From contig OX597827.1 of assembly GCA_951406725.2 (NCBI GenBank), positions 60,574,001 through 60,638,000 on the forward strand: a stretch of DNA of 64,000 bases, written 5' to 3'. The notes under the pieces were generated by a model. That model made no database searches and was not told where the DNA came from. It was given only the letters and a program-made list of their open reading frames with translations. This stretch comes from Octopus vulgaris (taxonomy: Eukaryota). Position numbers and translations under genes: made by a program. This document shows positions 1 to 13,112 of this stretch, piece after piece. Every line of letters begins with the position of its first letter. The stretch's first letter is position 1.

Positions 1-36
1 TGAAAGAAGATAAAGCTGAGATGTATGATAGACCCA

Positions 37-438
37 TACTCTTTTACTTGTTTCAGTCATTTGACTGCGGCCATGCTGGAGCACCACCTTTTAATCGAGC
101 AACTTGACCCCGGGACTTATTCTTTTGTAAGCCCAGTACTTATTTTATCGGTCTCTTTTGCCGAACCGCTAAGTAACAGGGACATAAACACACCAGCATT
201 GATTGTCAAGCAATGCTAGGGGGAAAATACAGACACACAAACACACACACGCATATATATATATATACATATATACGACGGACTTCTTTCAGTTTCCGTC
301 TACCAAATCCACTCACAAGGCTTTGGTCGGCCCGAGGCTATAGTAGAAGACACTTGCCCAAAGTGCCACGCAGTGGGACTGAACCCGGAACCATGTGGTT
401 GGTAAACAAGCTACTTACCACACAGCCACTCCTGCGCC
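37..438 (-). mobile_element. tRNA-derived SINE family A (CORE-like), full length
   Basis: Head GGCGCAGGAGTGGCTGTGTGG (A-box) and GGTTCAGTCCC (B-box), a CTTTGGGCAAGT CORE-like block, an internal (TA)/(TG) tract and a GTAAAAGA tail. Many copies in the window. Confidence 0.9.
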
Positions 439-487
439 ATAATGTAGTTTATTTATAAATTTATGGTTTCATATTTTATTCCAGTAT

Positions 488-789
488 GTTTGTTCCTTCT
501 TGAGCCATGTCTGGCTCATAGGGCCAGTTTGCCGGTTTCCATGGCATATAGGTTCCCCACCTGGATGGGACGCCGGTCCGTCGCAGGTGAGCTGCAAGAT
601 ACAGGAGGAAAGAGTGAGAGAAAGTTGTGGCGAAAGAGTCAGCAGAGGTTTGCCATTACCTTCTGCCGGAGCCACGTGGAGCTTAGGTGTTTTCGCTCAT
701 AAACACACACATCACCCAGTCTGAGATTCGAACCCATGATCCCTCGACCATGAGTCTGCTGCTCTAACCACTAGGCCATGTACTTCCAC
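488..789 (-). mobile_element. tRNA-derived SINE family B
   Basis: Head GTGGAAGTACATGGCCTAGTGG...GGGTTCGAATCTC, (AACA)n tail and 12-bp TSD TTATTCCAGTAT at 476-487 and 790-801. Confidence 0.88.
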
Positions 790-1364
790 TTATTCCAGTA
801 TACTAACACAATATTGTATTACATTCATAAAATCCTACATTCTCAGCAAAACCACTTTACTATATCTTTCAGTAACTGTATAATGAAATATAGTTTGTGG
901 AAAAACAAACTTAGAATATTTGTAAAGGTGGGGTACATCTTAAGTAGAGTGCACCTTATACACTGGCACTTACGATATATCTAATTAGATTTTTTTTTTA
1001 TGCTGACTACATTAAAGGTAAACACTAATTTAGTTTTCTTAACCACAGTAATATAAGCTTGTAGTTGTTTAGCTACAGGTCAGCTTAGGTCAAACAGGTT
1101 TTTACAGACAGTTTATCTTGGACACAGACAGTTTACATTGGACAATGCTAAAAGAAGTGAAGGAAACATCATAATAAACTATAAGATTGGATTTGAGAAA
1201 TATTTGGCTGCTGTTTTTAGTAGGTTGAATAACCATATAGAGGCTCCTTCATTGGCTCAGTGTTTTAATATGTTGCACAGATATAAGGAAATCTGAAAAG
1301 AAAAGGGAATAAGAAGGAAGGAATATAATATTCAAACCTTTGAAACTGCAAGTATGCTTTAACA

Positions 1365-1713
1365 CAGGGATTCTCAACCATTTTATGCCTTTGGCCCCTT
1401 TAATTCCTGTTTTACTCAAATGGAGTGCCACAGTCATTCACTATACATACCATTGTTGTTTAACTTCCACTTTCCATGCTGGCATGGGTTGGACGGTTTG
1501 ACATGGAGCAGACTCCAGTTGTCTGTTGTGGTATGGTTTCTGTGATTGGATTCCCTTCCCAACGCCAAATATATCTTACTGCATTTTTGTAATTAAATAT
1601 TATTAGGAATTGTATAAAATGCATAACCAGCTTATTGCACATAAATTTTAGCAAAATCTTACATGGACCCCTAAGGGGGTCATGGGTTAGTGGACCCCAC
1701 TTGAGAACTACTG
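1365..1713. mobile_element. hAT-like MITE with an internal RTE 3' UTR fragment
   Basis: TIRs CAGGGATTCTCAA / TTGAGAACTACTG and a perfect 8-bp TSD CTTTAACA. Confidence 0.8.
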
Positions 1714-1970
1714 CTTTAACAGGTGCAGTTTTGTTTGATTACATCCCTGGAAGCTGCAGATATAGGTGAGCATATAATTTTGTGCTTATGATTGAAAATA
1801 ATGATATTTTTGCCAATTAGCAAACCATAAACACAATACTGTGTAGCTTTTGTATCTTCCAGGGATACTATCAATCAAAATTGTACCCTCTGAACTATAT
1901 TCTCATCACAAGGTCGTCCTTGCTGTATGGCAGATTGTGTACCTTAAAAAAAGGTACAAAAAAAAAAAAA

Positions 1971-2186
1971 AGCGGCAAGCTGGTAGAAATGTTAGCACAC
2001 CAGGCGAAATGCTTAGTGGTATTTTGTCTGTCTTTATATTCTGAGTTCAAATTCTGCCAAGGTCAACTTTGCCTTTCATTAATTAATTACCAGTTACGCA
2101 GTGGGATCGATGTGATCGACTTAATCCCTTTGTCTGTCCTTGTTTATCCCCTCTATGTTTAGCCCCTTGTGGGCAATAAAGAAAAA
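1971..2186 (+). mobile_element. tRNA-derived SINE family C (Meta-domain-like)
   Basis: B-box GAGTTCAAATTC, central GACTTTGCCTTTCATC-type block, and 16-bp TSD AGATTGTGTACCTTAA at 1932-1947 and 2187-2202. Confidence 0.85.
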
Positions 2187-2419
2187 AGATTGTGTACCTT
2201 AATGACAACAAAAGCTATGCCAGCAAAGCAAAAGCTTCTGGCAGGGCCTCTCATACGGGACAGAGCAAAGGATTGAGGCCAGACTAGTATGGACCACCTC
2301 TACCCAGAGATAAAAATGGGTTTGTGTAAGGCCAATACCACTACCCAGAAAAAAAAAATAAAGAAGCATCGATGACAATTCAAAACCAACAAGATCTGGG
2401 AGAAGACGGCCTTTTCCCC

Positions 2420-2628
2420 AGGGAAACATATGACATGCCAGGCCCTGACCTGGAACACCTGAGTGAGGCAGAAGAGAGGACTCTAGAAATCAGCTGGAGG
2501 CAGGATACTGAAGCAGAGCGGAAAAAAATAGAAATTCAGCTGGAAAGAAGCAAAAAGACATTTCTGAGTTGAGGACAGTGGAGAAAAGTTATCAATAGCC
2601 TATGCTCCATAAGGCATGAAGTGCTGAA
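2420..2628 (+). mobile_element. Decayed RTE-clade LINE 3' coding remnant
   Basis: Frame-shifted pieces QALTWN, SWRQDTEAE and WRKVINSLCS, typical of the RTE ORF C-terminus. Confidence 0.6.
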
Positions 2629-3371
2629 ACAAAGGAAAACAAAGCAGATTTTAGGGTTCAAAGGAGATAAAGAGTGTAATATCAAACCAGATGGATTTTT
2701 TTTTAAATGGTATTTTGTTTATACAGATAGGTGTGTCTATAAAGACATACACACACACACATAGACAAGATGGAGCAAAGAGGAGAGAGATGGGCGGGGA
2801 AACGAAAAAAGACAAAGACAGACAGGAAACTTAAAATCACTTAAAAAGAAAAAGTGTGAGAAAAAGTGAGCTAAAGAGAAAATAAAAAGATTCATGTAGC
2901 ATACAAATAATAGAGAAGAAAACGAAAAGCAGATAAGAAAAGAAGTACAAAGCAGAAAAACCTGAGATAAAAGAGATTTTTTTTATGTTAAGGAAGAGAG
3001 AATAAAAGGGGATAACGAGAAAGACAAAATAGAGGATGATTCATAGAAGGAGTGTTATGTTACTAGACAACAAACAAAGGCACTTGAACCTAATGGAAAA
3101 CAGTAAATTATGTTAACTATTGAGATAGGATTGTTAATAAATAAATATAAAGAAGTAATTATGTTTTTATACATTGATTATAAATTCATATCCAACATAT
3201 ATATTATATGTGGAGGCGCGTGGTTTAGTGGTTAGGGTGTCAGCATCATGCTCGTAATATTGTGGTTTCGATTCCTGGACCAGGCTGTAACGCTGCGATG
3301 GACTGGCGAACATATACGCCATTGAAACCATTGTTTCCCCGCCCATTGAAAAAGGACGCATATCGCTCACA

Positions 3372-3643
3372 AATCAATGGAAATTGTAGTTGTGATACCG
3401 GTGCAGGTGGCACGTAAAAAAACCATCCGAACGTGGCCATTGCCAGCGCCGCCCTGACTGGCCTCGCCTAGCACGTAAAAAGCACCCACTACACTCACGG
3501 AGTGGTTGGCGTTAGGAAGGGCATCCAGCTGTAGAAACACTGCCAGATCAGACTGGGCCCGGTGCAGCCTCCTGGCTTCCCAGACCCCAGTCGAACCGTC
3601 CAACGCATGCTAGCATGGAAAGCGGACGTTAAACGATGACGAC
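3372..3643 (+). mobile_element. RTE LINE 3' UTR fragment (family D)
   Basis: GGCACGTAAAAAGCACC...GGAAGGGCATCCAGCTGTAGAAAC...GGACGTTAAACGATGA tail. The same sequence follows an RTE ORF at 37255-38050. Confidence 0.8.
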
Positions 3644-4189
3644 ATATATATATATATGTAGGCATGGGTGTGTGGTTTAGAAACTCGCATTGTAACCACA
3701 TGAGTTCAGGATCAATGCCACAGCACAGCACATTGGGCAAGTGTTGTCTATTATAGACAACACTATTATGGACCAACCAATGCCTTGCGAGTGAATTTGG
3801 TAAATTGAAACTGTATGTAAGTCCATATGCATGCATGTGTGCATACATGCGCATGCTATTTCAAGTTGTCTTTTTACAAGTCATATGACAGAAGAACCGA
3901 ACTGAAACAAGTACTGATCAATTAAAATCTCTGCTTCAGCATTGGTCACTGACCAGTGAGTGACTAAACCGGTAAAATATTTACACAAACGCATGCATGT
4001 GTGTGTATGAGAAAAAGAGTGTGAATGAATGGATGGAGCTAGCTAAATAGCTAAGTACATACTTGTGCAAAAGACTTGAATAGTGTGTTGTACATAGCAT
4101 CCAATAGCCAAAATAAATAATCTTTTTAAAAATCGGTTTACAGTAATCGTTCAACTGTCGAGTTTTATTGTTCAAGCTTACGTTGATTC

Positions 4190-4346
4190 CTCCGTGGTGT
4201 TGTTTTGCATTTATAATAAAATAAATATATACAAATTATAAAAATAATTTTTAAAAAATACATTATACTGTTTCTACTTTTGCGGATTTTCACCTATTGC
4301 GGGGGTTTTTGGAACGTAACACCCGCGATAGTCGAGGGGTTACTGT
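4190..4346. mobile_element. pogo/Tigger-like MITE end
   Basis: Terminus CCCGCGATAGTCGAGGGGTTACTG followed by TA. The matching left TIR is not clearly seen. Confidence 0.5.
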
Positions 4347-4742
4347 ATATGAAAATTATTAACTGTTAAGAGTATCACATAGTTTTTTTCCTGAGAACCT
4401 CAGGTGACATAGATCGTTGGAAATTTACACGAGAAACCTTTCAATGGACTTTGTAATCAGGCGGTATCGCACGATTGTCACCGATTTTTGAAGCAAGAAG
4501 GTCAATGACTCACTAAGGTCACGTGTTTACCATTCAGATTTTAAACCAAAACAATCACCATGGCAACTGTTATACACAATTGAATTACATAATTTGTGGC
4601 TGTGATTATTAGGTTCCGAGTCTCACCTGGTTGAGTAAGACCAATCATCAAAGGTGTTAAAAGCCATTATCATCTTGTTTTTTCTAGCACTGCGTATTAA
4701 TCTGTTCAATGCTTAGATTTTCTTTCTTTTCTTTATTTAAGA

Positions 4743-5258
4743 CTAGCAGTATCGCCCGGCGTTGCTCGGGTTTGTAAGGGAAATAACTATATAAGCATTT
4801 TTAGAGAGTTACTTCCTTTATAGATGCCAATTCGGGCTTTCTTAGCCATTTCTGTTTTGGTGTCTTCAAGCCATGAAGTCGTTGTTCTAAAAGAACGCTG
4901 GTCTCCTTGACAACGCATTACGACGTTGATTTCCTTAAACTCCCTTCCCCACATCTTCACGAGGGAGGGAAGAAGGGGAGAAGCAAACACAGGTGCAGGT
5001 GTTTGAGCGTAGACGCCAACTCCACCGCCATCGACACACGAAAAATTATGCATTAAAATGGAATAAAAAATGATGTTAAATTATTTTAAAAATCGTAGAC
5101 TCATCGTAGACGCGCGCTAATAGCCAGACGGGCTCGATATTAATCACGACTATAAGATACCCGAATTTGGTTAAACTGCACCGCAAAATGTGGGAGGAGT
5201 TAGGAATCTAAATCGTAGGAGACAGACACTCACACAACTACAGTTTTATATATATAGA
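4743..5258 (-). mobile_element. Non-autonomous Helitron
   Basis: On the minus strand A|TC...CTAG|T termini, with a GC hairpin (CCCGGC GTT GCTCGGG) just inside the CTAG end and no TSD. Confidence 0.8.
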
Positions 5259-5266
5259 TGTTAGAA

Positions 5267-5409
5267 CAGGCATGGGCAACCTTTGAAGAGAAGCGAGCAG
5301 CAGAAGACATAGTTCAACATTACAAAAATTTTTTTTTAAATATCCAAGGTAATTTTTCGTTAGACATGTCATACAGAAAGTCCAACAGGCCGCAGGTTTC
5401 TCATGACTG
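5267..5409. mobile_element. Decayed hAT-like MITE
   Basis: Imperfect TIRs CAGGCATGGGCAACC / GGTTTCTCATGACTG. Confidence 0.5.
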
Positions 5410-6328
5410 TGCTAGGGTGTACAATGGAGTTTCTTATAACGAGGCCCATATCACACGGGAAAAGAAAAGGGTAATTTATTTTCCGGATCTTTTCCTTTTG
5501 AACGGCAGTTTTCAACACAATTTCTAGTTAACTAAACACTACGATCCTGATAGAATTTAATTTCCAAACATTTCAGGTTTATTTTTTACATTCATCTCCG
5601 ACATTTCTATACTTTCCTTTCCAATAAAGTAAATGACTTAAAATTCGAAACTTCACAGGGTATAATTTGAAGGAGATTTGGTTGTTATTTCTAGCTAGCC
5701 GAGTAGTCGTGCAGAGAGAGCCCCCTGCGTTGGCTTGTCTGCTCCATGGTAAACAGTATAGTTTAAAAAAAAAAAACTCGCTTGATGATTATCCAGTATT
5801 ACATTCAACATGTAACTAAATCAAGGTTGATTAACGCCAAGTCGACCTCGACAGGCATTCCAACCACGACCATCAAGTGATTTTAGGACTACGTCGAACG
5901 TTATGCAACACGCCCTTTCTTTTACCCAAATGTTCGAGTGTGATTTGAGGTAGGTTTGGCTTTCAGTTCTAACACGTCGAGAGCTCACACAGAGGCTCCT
6001 TTATAAAGAAAATGAAATATTTCCACCGACATTAAACAAGAGACCAACGAAGAGAAGCAAACAGAATGAGTATTTAGAGATATAAATAAATAAAGTATCC
6101 GACAGAAAGGCTGCTCAAAGGCGACAAGCTGACAGAATCGGTAACACGTGAGATAAAATTACTAACGATATCCCTCCAGATTCATTACGTCCTGAGTTCA
6201 AATTCTACTGGGGTTGATAAAATAAGTACCAAGTAATCACTGGAATCGATATAATTGGCTAGCCCATTCCCACCAAATTTCAGGCCTTGTGCCCATAGTA
6301 GAAACAAATATAGGAAATAAAATTGCTC

Positions 6329-6464
6329 AGCTTGCTTACCAACCACATGGTTCTGGGTTCAGTCCCACTGCGTGGCACCTTGGGCAAGTGTCTTCTACTA
6401 TAGCCTCGGGCCGATCAAAGCCTTGTGAGTGGATTTGGTAGACGGAAACTGAAAGGAGCCCGTC

Positions 6465-6506
<42 letters not shown>

Positions 6507-6700
6507 GTATGTATGTGCTTGTGTCTGTGTTTGTTCCCCCCCCCCCGACATCACTCGACAACAGATGGTGGTATGTTTACGTCCTCGTCACTTAGCATTT
6601 CGGCAAGAGAGACCGATAGAATAAGTATTAGGCTTACAAAGAATAAGTCCTGAGATCGATTTGCTCAAATGACTGAAACAAATACAAGAATACAAGAATA
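6329..6700 (+). mobile_element. SINE family A, 5' truncated
   Basis: Collinear with the family A consensus from AGCTTGCTTACC to the tail. Confidence 0.85.
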
Positions 6701-7119
6701 TGTTGGTATTCACATGAAGGAATAGAATCTATCACCAGAGACAGTCAACCAAAATAGGAATTTCATAAATACAAACATAGTAATTACTAAGTTCCTATGG
6801 TCTCATGCTAAGATACAAAAAATCGAAGCGGATGAGCGGCACATCCAAAAAAACTTTTCAATTACTTTCAATGTGAATGGAAATCACACAAAGACACACA
6901 TACAAGCATTGCCGCTGATCAAGTATTTGAAAAGATTATGATTTGCTATAAACGAACAATATGGTCTGTAATTGTTTATTTCATGAGTTTGCTATTCCAC
7001 AATACAAAATTATGTTGATTTGCCGCAAATTATGATGGTAAAGCTTTGGCCAAAATTTTCCTTCGTTGCTATAACAATATCGTCTTTGTTTGTTTGAAAT
7101 AATTCTTATTGCCAGAACA

Positions 7120-7465
7120 TTCTGGTTGAATCGGTACCGCGCCGGACAAAATGCTGAGCGTTCTGAGTTCAAATTCTGCCGAGGTCGACGAGGTCTTTCG
7201 TCTTTCCGAAATCGATGAAATAAAGTATCGATTAGCTCCCTCTCTTTAAATTCCAGGCCTTTTGCCCATTGGAGAAAGAATTATTAAGGCGGTGAGAGAG
7301 CTGGCAGAATCGTTAGTGCGCCGGACAATACGCTTAGCGACACTTCGTCCGTCTTTACGTTCTGTTTTCAAATTCCGCCGAGGTCGACTTTGTTTTTCAT
7401 CTTTCGGGGGTCGATATGATAAATACCAGCTGACAGGCGCTGTGCCTATACCAGAAAGGCTTATA
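7120..7465 (+). mobile_element. Two tandem SINE family C copies
   Basis: Repeated GTTCAAATTCYGCCGAGGTCGAC-type block at about 7167 and 7366. Confidence 0.75.
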
Positions 7466-7683
7466 GGTACTGCTTTAGAAGAGTGATCCCAGTGCGCGCA
7501 CTCGCGTTAGCTAGTCGTGACTAGTCGATCCTAAAACGACTACCTAGCAAAGTAAATAAAACACAAAGTAAATAATTTTTTAAAGTAAATAAAACAAAAA
7601 CAAAAACACAAAAGTAAGGATCGACTAGTCAAGACTAGCTTGCGCGAGTGCGCACATCGGGACCACTCTTCTTAAGTAGTACC
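7466..7683. mobile_element. Foldback MITE with long TIRs (MULE-like)
   Basis: About 68-bp imperfect TIRs GGTACTGCTTTAGAAGAG...GACTAGTCGATCCT and 9-bp TSD AGGCTTATA / AGGCTTATT. Confidence 0.85.
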
Positions 7684-9093
7684 AGGCTTATTATTATTGT
7701 TATCATTTATTTGATAAACTGTAAGGAAATAATTTGAATTATTTATGTAAAAAGTAAATAAATAAAATACTCTTATCAACTGTAAAGAAAAAAAAATATT
7801 AATTGAATATTTTATTGTCTTTTTACGTCACAACGGAGCATCTATGCGGTCAAACAGAAACCGCTGTCAAATTTCGCTATAATTACGCCTTAAAAGAACA
7901 AAAAAATGCCTTAACAATGACGCAGCTGCACTCCCAACTTATGACCATTAAAAAATTGTGAATTACATTAAAACATATTCGTTATATTGTATAAGTAGGC
8001 GGCGGTCACTAAATAAACTGTGACAATGTACCGCTTTTAGATATTAGCTACCATCAAAAATCGTCTCCAGTATTCGTCTGATGTCTAATTTATTGACCCT
8101 CAAAGGATGATAGGCAATGTCGAAGCTGGCGGGATTACAGAGAGTCATAACGATATATATATTTTAAGACATTTTATCCGGTATTTTAACGATTCTGCTA
8201 AGCCGTCACCTATAATGATCCTAATTGGGGGGGGGGGATCGATTACATCGGTCCCAGTGCTCAAATGATAATTATTTTATCATCGATCCCAAAAGGGTGA
8301 AAGACAAAGTCGACCTCAGCAGACTTTGGCCCAAATACCTGACCTTGTGCCTTTAGTAGAAAGGGATCTTTTCATTTTGAAAAGATTATTATTATTTCTG
8401 CTACAGGCACAAGACCTGAAATTTTGGGAGTAGGGACTATTCGATTAGATTGACCTCAGTACTTGACTGGTACAAAAGGATGAAAGGCGAAGTCGACCTC
8501 GGTGGAAGCTCGCCGCTTTATCCCTACCAATAAATTGTAACGCAAATTTGAAGCAGGAAAAGGGAGATTGATCCATTGACGGTTAAGCTTCGCAAGGAAG
8601 CCATTGTATTGATGCTTGTAATTGTCTAAAACCATGTTTACATTTAATTAAGATAACGAGGTTGTTATTAGTCAGGTTTTAACATGTTTAAGTCCTTGAG
8701 GCAATATTAGTTTTATTAATGCTGTTGTTTTACATCAGCAATTTCAGATTAGTAATCGTGCAGTTTACTAAATACTTTATGGTCATCTATCTCTCATTAA
8801 ATAAATAACATCTATGAAGAATAATAGACGTCGATTCCCTCTATTTATTTAAGGGATGGGCAGACCTATCCAACAGGACTAAACTAAACTGTTCGTTTTC
8901 TTTTTAAGACGGTAGGAGATTTGGTGGCATACCTTCTTCGTAAGTATGCTCCCGCCATGACTGCTTCCTTATAACTTTCAGAAGGAAAAAAATTTATGGA
9001 ATTTTCTATAAATACCCTTCAGATGAAGTAGATTTTGATTATACCGATATTTATGAAAAGATGAGCGCGCAAACACATATATATTGACACACA

Positions 9094-9456
9094 TACTCTT
9101 TTACTTGTTTCAGTCATTTGACTGCGGCCATGCTGGAGCACCGCCTTTAATCGAGCAACTCGACCCCGGGACTTATTCTATCGGTCTCTTTTGCCGAACC
9201 GCTAGGTGACGGGGACATAAACATACCAGCATCGGTTGTCAAGCAATGCTAGGGGACAAACACAAACATACACGCACACACACATATACATACATACATA
9301 TATACGACGGGCTTCTTTCAGTTTCCGTCTACCAAATCCACTCACAAAGGCTTTGGTCGACCCGAGACTATAGTAGAAGACACTTGCCCAAAGTGGGACT
9401 GAACCCGGAACCATGTGGTTGGTAAACAAGTTACTTACCACACAGCCACTTCTGCG
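9094..9456 (-). mobile_element. SINE family A
   Basis: Near full-length copy with two short internal deletions. Confidence 0.88.
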
Positions 9457-9485
9457 TAAATTTTTTTCAAAATTTCAAGTTCCAT

Positions 9486-9545
<60 letters not shown>

Positions 9546-9764
9546 CATACATGTATATGACGTATGTCAATATGGTTGTGTGCGCGCCCACCAAGTTTTT
9601 TTCTCTTTTCATAACGAATTCCGATATAATCATAATCTACGGATCACCATCTAAACGCTATTATTGAAAATCTCATTAAAAATAATCATTTTTTTCTGAA
9701 AGTTATGAGGAAGCAAAGTCAGAGGGGGGGGAGCACGTTGTGCTTATTCTTTACCTTCGCCATA

Positions 9765-9809
<45 letters not shown>

Positions 9810-10870
9810 CACATATATATATATATATATCACACACAATCACACGTGTAATAAGTCGTGCTATTTTATACTTGATTTCAACTGACACAGGCAAAGCTAA
9901 AACGATGAAGGAAAACAGTCTCTTCAACTCTAGCCTCGGGCCGACCAAAGCCTCGAGTGGATTTGGTAGACAGAAACTGAAAGAATCCCGTCGTGTGTGT
10001 GTGTCCGTCCCCTCACATCATTGCTTGACAACCAGTATTGGTGTATTTACGTCTCCGTAACTTAGCGGTTCGGCAAAATTAGCCGATAGAACGAGTACTA
10101 GGCTTAAGAACAAATTCTGGGGTCGATTTATTCGACTATACCTGTCAATGCGGTGCTCCAGCATGGCCGCAGTCGACTGAAATATATGTGTATGTGTGTG
10201 TGTACAAAGAGAGAGAGAGAGAGATACACACACACACATATATGTATGTATGTATATATATATATATATATATATACATAGATACATACACACTCATATA
10301 TACACTCGGTAATACGACACCTACTCCATAGGGTACATACAGTCTCAAGAAGGTAATTTTTCACCAAAAGTCTTCTTCAACACATACTCACACAACTTAC
10401 CTTTCTCTCTCTAACGTTCATCTCACCTTTGTTTTCATACAAGTATTTATTTGTACAGTGAGGAAGAGAACAAGCTGTAGAACTCAATTAAGATTATATG
10501 TCGAAATAAAAAAAAAAAATCCACCCACAAGTCTAACTTATAGTTAGATGTCTGCAATAAAAAGGAAATGGTGTGCCATTTCATAAAACATTCGGCATTT
10601 CCAGCCAAATACTAGAAATTAAAGGAAGCTAAGGAATTTTTCAAGATACATATAGTACTATCATTACCTCCCACTACCTTCATAATTGTTCGTTTATGTC
10701 CTGATAAAAGTAGGGGTATGGCAGAATTGGTGGGGAGTCAGACAGAAATACCTTGAGATATTTAGTGTTGCTTTGAGTTCAGATCTCATTAGGAACGACT
10801 TTATTCTCTTTTTTTTTTTTTTGTCCTTTCAGGATCGATAAAGCAAGTAAAAATTTTGTGAATATATTTT

Positions 10871-11302
10871 GGATCTTTTCGGTTTGAACGGCAGTTTTTT
10901 CTAGCGGTGTCATATGAAATTGTTACCCATAATTATGACCCTAGTATCGATCTATGATGCTATTGCATTTCAATCTGTTTTAGGGTTAGGGTTGGTTAGG
11001 GGTGGGGGGAAGGGTATCTTTTTTCTTCACAAATGTAAATAAACCCAATCTGTTTCTTAAACGAGGGACATGTTCATACGGCACAGAATGTTTTTTTTTA
11101 CCTCAATAGACGTCATTGATAGGTTGAAATTGCAGAAATTGAAGAAAAAGAACAACAAATATCTTACAAACTAAAGAATTTTCTCAATAAAGCCAAGAAA
11201 AAAAGATGTTTTATAAACACATTCTACCAGTATGCGAAGTTTAAAAGTGTTTAGTTACGTGGAAATTATTTTTAAAAACTGCCAGTCAAACCGAAAAGAT
11301 CC
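10871..11302. mobile_element. MITE with GG..CC termini and 8-bp TSD (Merlin- or MULE-like)
   Basis: TIRs GGATCTTTTCGGTTTGAACGGCAGTTTTT / AAAAACTGCCAGTCAAACCGAAAAGATCC, TSD TATATTTT and internal TTAGGG units. A solo end fragment lies at 5485-5540. Confidence 0.85.
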
Positions 11303-12079
11303 TATATTTTCTCTGTACTGTATGTAAATAGGTTACCCAACATGGGAACGCATTCTTTACTGGCGGTGTTACTGCATGGCCACAGCCTTATAGCTAAACG
11401 TATAGAGGAATTAAAATGCTTTCCAGTTTCACTGTAATAATGAATATCAATCATGATAATAAATATTGTTTGAAGTTAAAGCAATAGTTATAGGCTGCTG
11501 GAATGGTTTAAAAGTTATGGACTTAATTTCTTTCTGAGCAAAAGTAAATAAATAAACCCTAAAGTTTATTTTTCTAAAATTTCATTAGCATAGGTGAAGG
11601 TGTGGCTGTGAAATTTGCTTCTCAACCATGTGGTCTTGGGTTCAGTCCTGCTGCATGGCACCTTGGGCAAGTGTGTCTTCTACAACAGAGTAGATTTGGC
11701 AGCTGGAAACTGGAAGAAGCCCTACACACACAGTGTCTTTGTGTTACGTACCAAGCTTTAAAAAAAGAAAAAGTACTGGTTGGTAGTAGTCTCCTGGAAT
11801 TTAAAACACGAGTTTCAAGGCCAGGAACATTATAGTCGGTACTTGATTTATCGATTTCGGAGGAATGAAAGAACATTCCGACGCTATCGTGATTTGAACT
11901 CGGGATGTAAAGAGACGCAACCAAATAATGCAAACTAATTTGTCCATCGCTCTGATAAGGAGTCAATACCCTCTAATTAAAAGTTATAAGGCCAATTACG
12001 GCCAAAATATGGTTAAGAAAGACACGAGAAAACAAAATCAAGAGGTGAGACGCCAAACTAGTTTTATAACTTAACTTAC

Positions 12080-12123
12080 AATAGATATTTGGACTCATCA
12101 TCATCAGAAAACGGACAAATCAT
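12080..12123 (-). CDS. Candidate alternative first coding exon (possibly of the ABHD2-like gene)
   Basis: CAAAATG start context, MICPFSDDDESKYL plus TT|GTAAGT donor. It is 44 nt, phase 2, the same phase and strand as the ABHD2 exon at 33929-34086, and lies in unique CpG-retaining sequence. No homology support. Confidence 0.35.
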
Positions 12124-12879
12124 TTTGAAGTGTTTGGTTGGTCACTTTACATAGCAAGTTCAAATTACGACAGTATCGGAGTCTTCTTTTTTATTCATCC
12201 GAAATCAATAAATAAAATGCCGATTGCATCGTTCCTGGCATTAAAGCCCGTTTTTAATCTTCACTATAGCTACAGAAGACTATCAATTAGAACTATAAAG
12301 CACCGTCTTTAAATACTCTCATTTTGTACTCAGTTTCGTTCTTCTAGTCTCAAGAAGTTATTGAAGGTTAAGTTCCATGAAAATCGATTGTCTTTCGAAT
12401 AAACGAAAAAGTAAAGTAAAATAAAATAGCATAATGGAGTAGATTTAATCGACATTTAAAAAAAAAACATATTCAAGGTGTGCTAAGTGAACGCCGTTAC
12501 ACCTACACGAAAAAAAAAAATCAGTTAAATGTTCTGTTCATGCAGAATCATATAATCTGACTGTCTCAAAATTTTGGAGGGAAACATCAGTGTCTCGTTG
12601 ATGTAATTAGAGAAATGTGCAGGCTTAAATATTCATTTGATTTTCTTTTTCCTTTACTTCCTTTGTACTGTTTACTTTTGTAAACTGTACTCATTTTCAT
12701 TGATTATTGTCCTAAATTGTCATTGTAACATTCTGAAATGAAAAGATTTCCATCTGATTGTCATCTGCTTTCACATTTAACACTGCCTTCCCCACCTTTT
12801 TGCGCCGTATTTTCTTTTGCACCAGCTGTCTAATTCTGATATAAATTATGCATTCTTAAAACTCTTTAACTATAACAGA

Positions 12880-13112
12880 AAGGTGGTGTGAGCAGACAGA
12901 ATCGTTAACCCGGACAAAATGCTTAGCAGCATTTCGTCTCTGAGACGAAATGCCGCTAAGACTCTCCGTCTTTACGTTTTGAGTTCAAATATCACCGAGA
13001 TCGACTTTGCCTTTCATCCTTTCGTGATCGTTGAAATAAGTACCAATTAAAAAACACTGGAGTCGACGTAATCAACTAGTCTCCTCCAAAATTTCAGGCA
13101 TATAGTAGAAAG
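12880..13112 (+). mobile_element. SINE family C
   Basis: Head AAGGTGGTGTGAGCAGACAGAATCG, B-box and GACTTTGCCTTTCATCCTTTCG block. Confidence 0.8.

Noticed and set aside
213-458. Recurrent ORFs such as [21 protein letters not shown] and EDTCPRCHAVGLNPEPCGW
   Set aside because: They are reading frames through family A SINE copies and recur at every copy.
1846-1912. Plus-strand acceptor-like TTTTGTATCTTCCAG followed by a short open frame
   Set aside because: Weak donor, no recognisable protein and no other plus-strand exons.
10395-10421. Strong minus-strand donor AAG|GTAAGT
   Set aside because: The upstream ATG gives only seven codons in phase 0, incompatible with the ABHD2 phase-2 junction. 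No further support, although a non-coding exon cannot be excluded.
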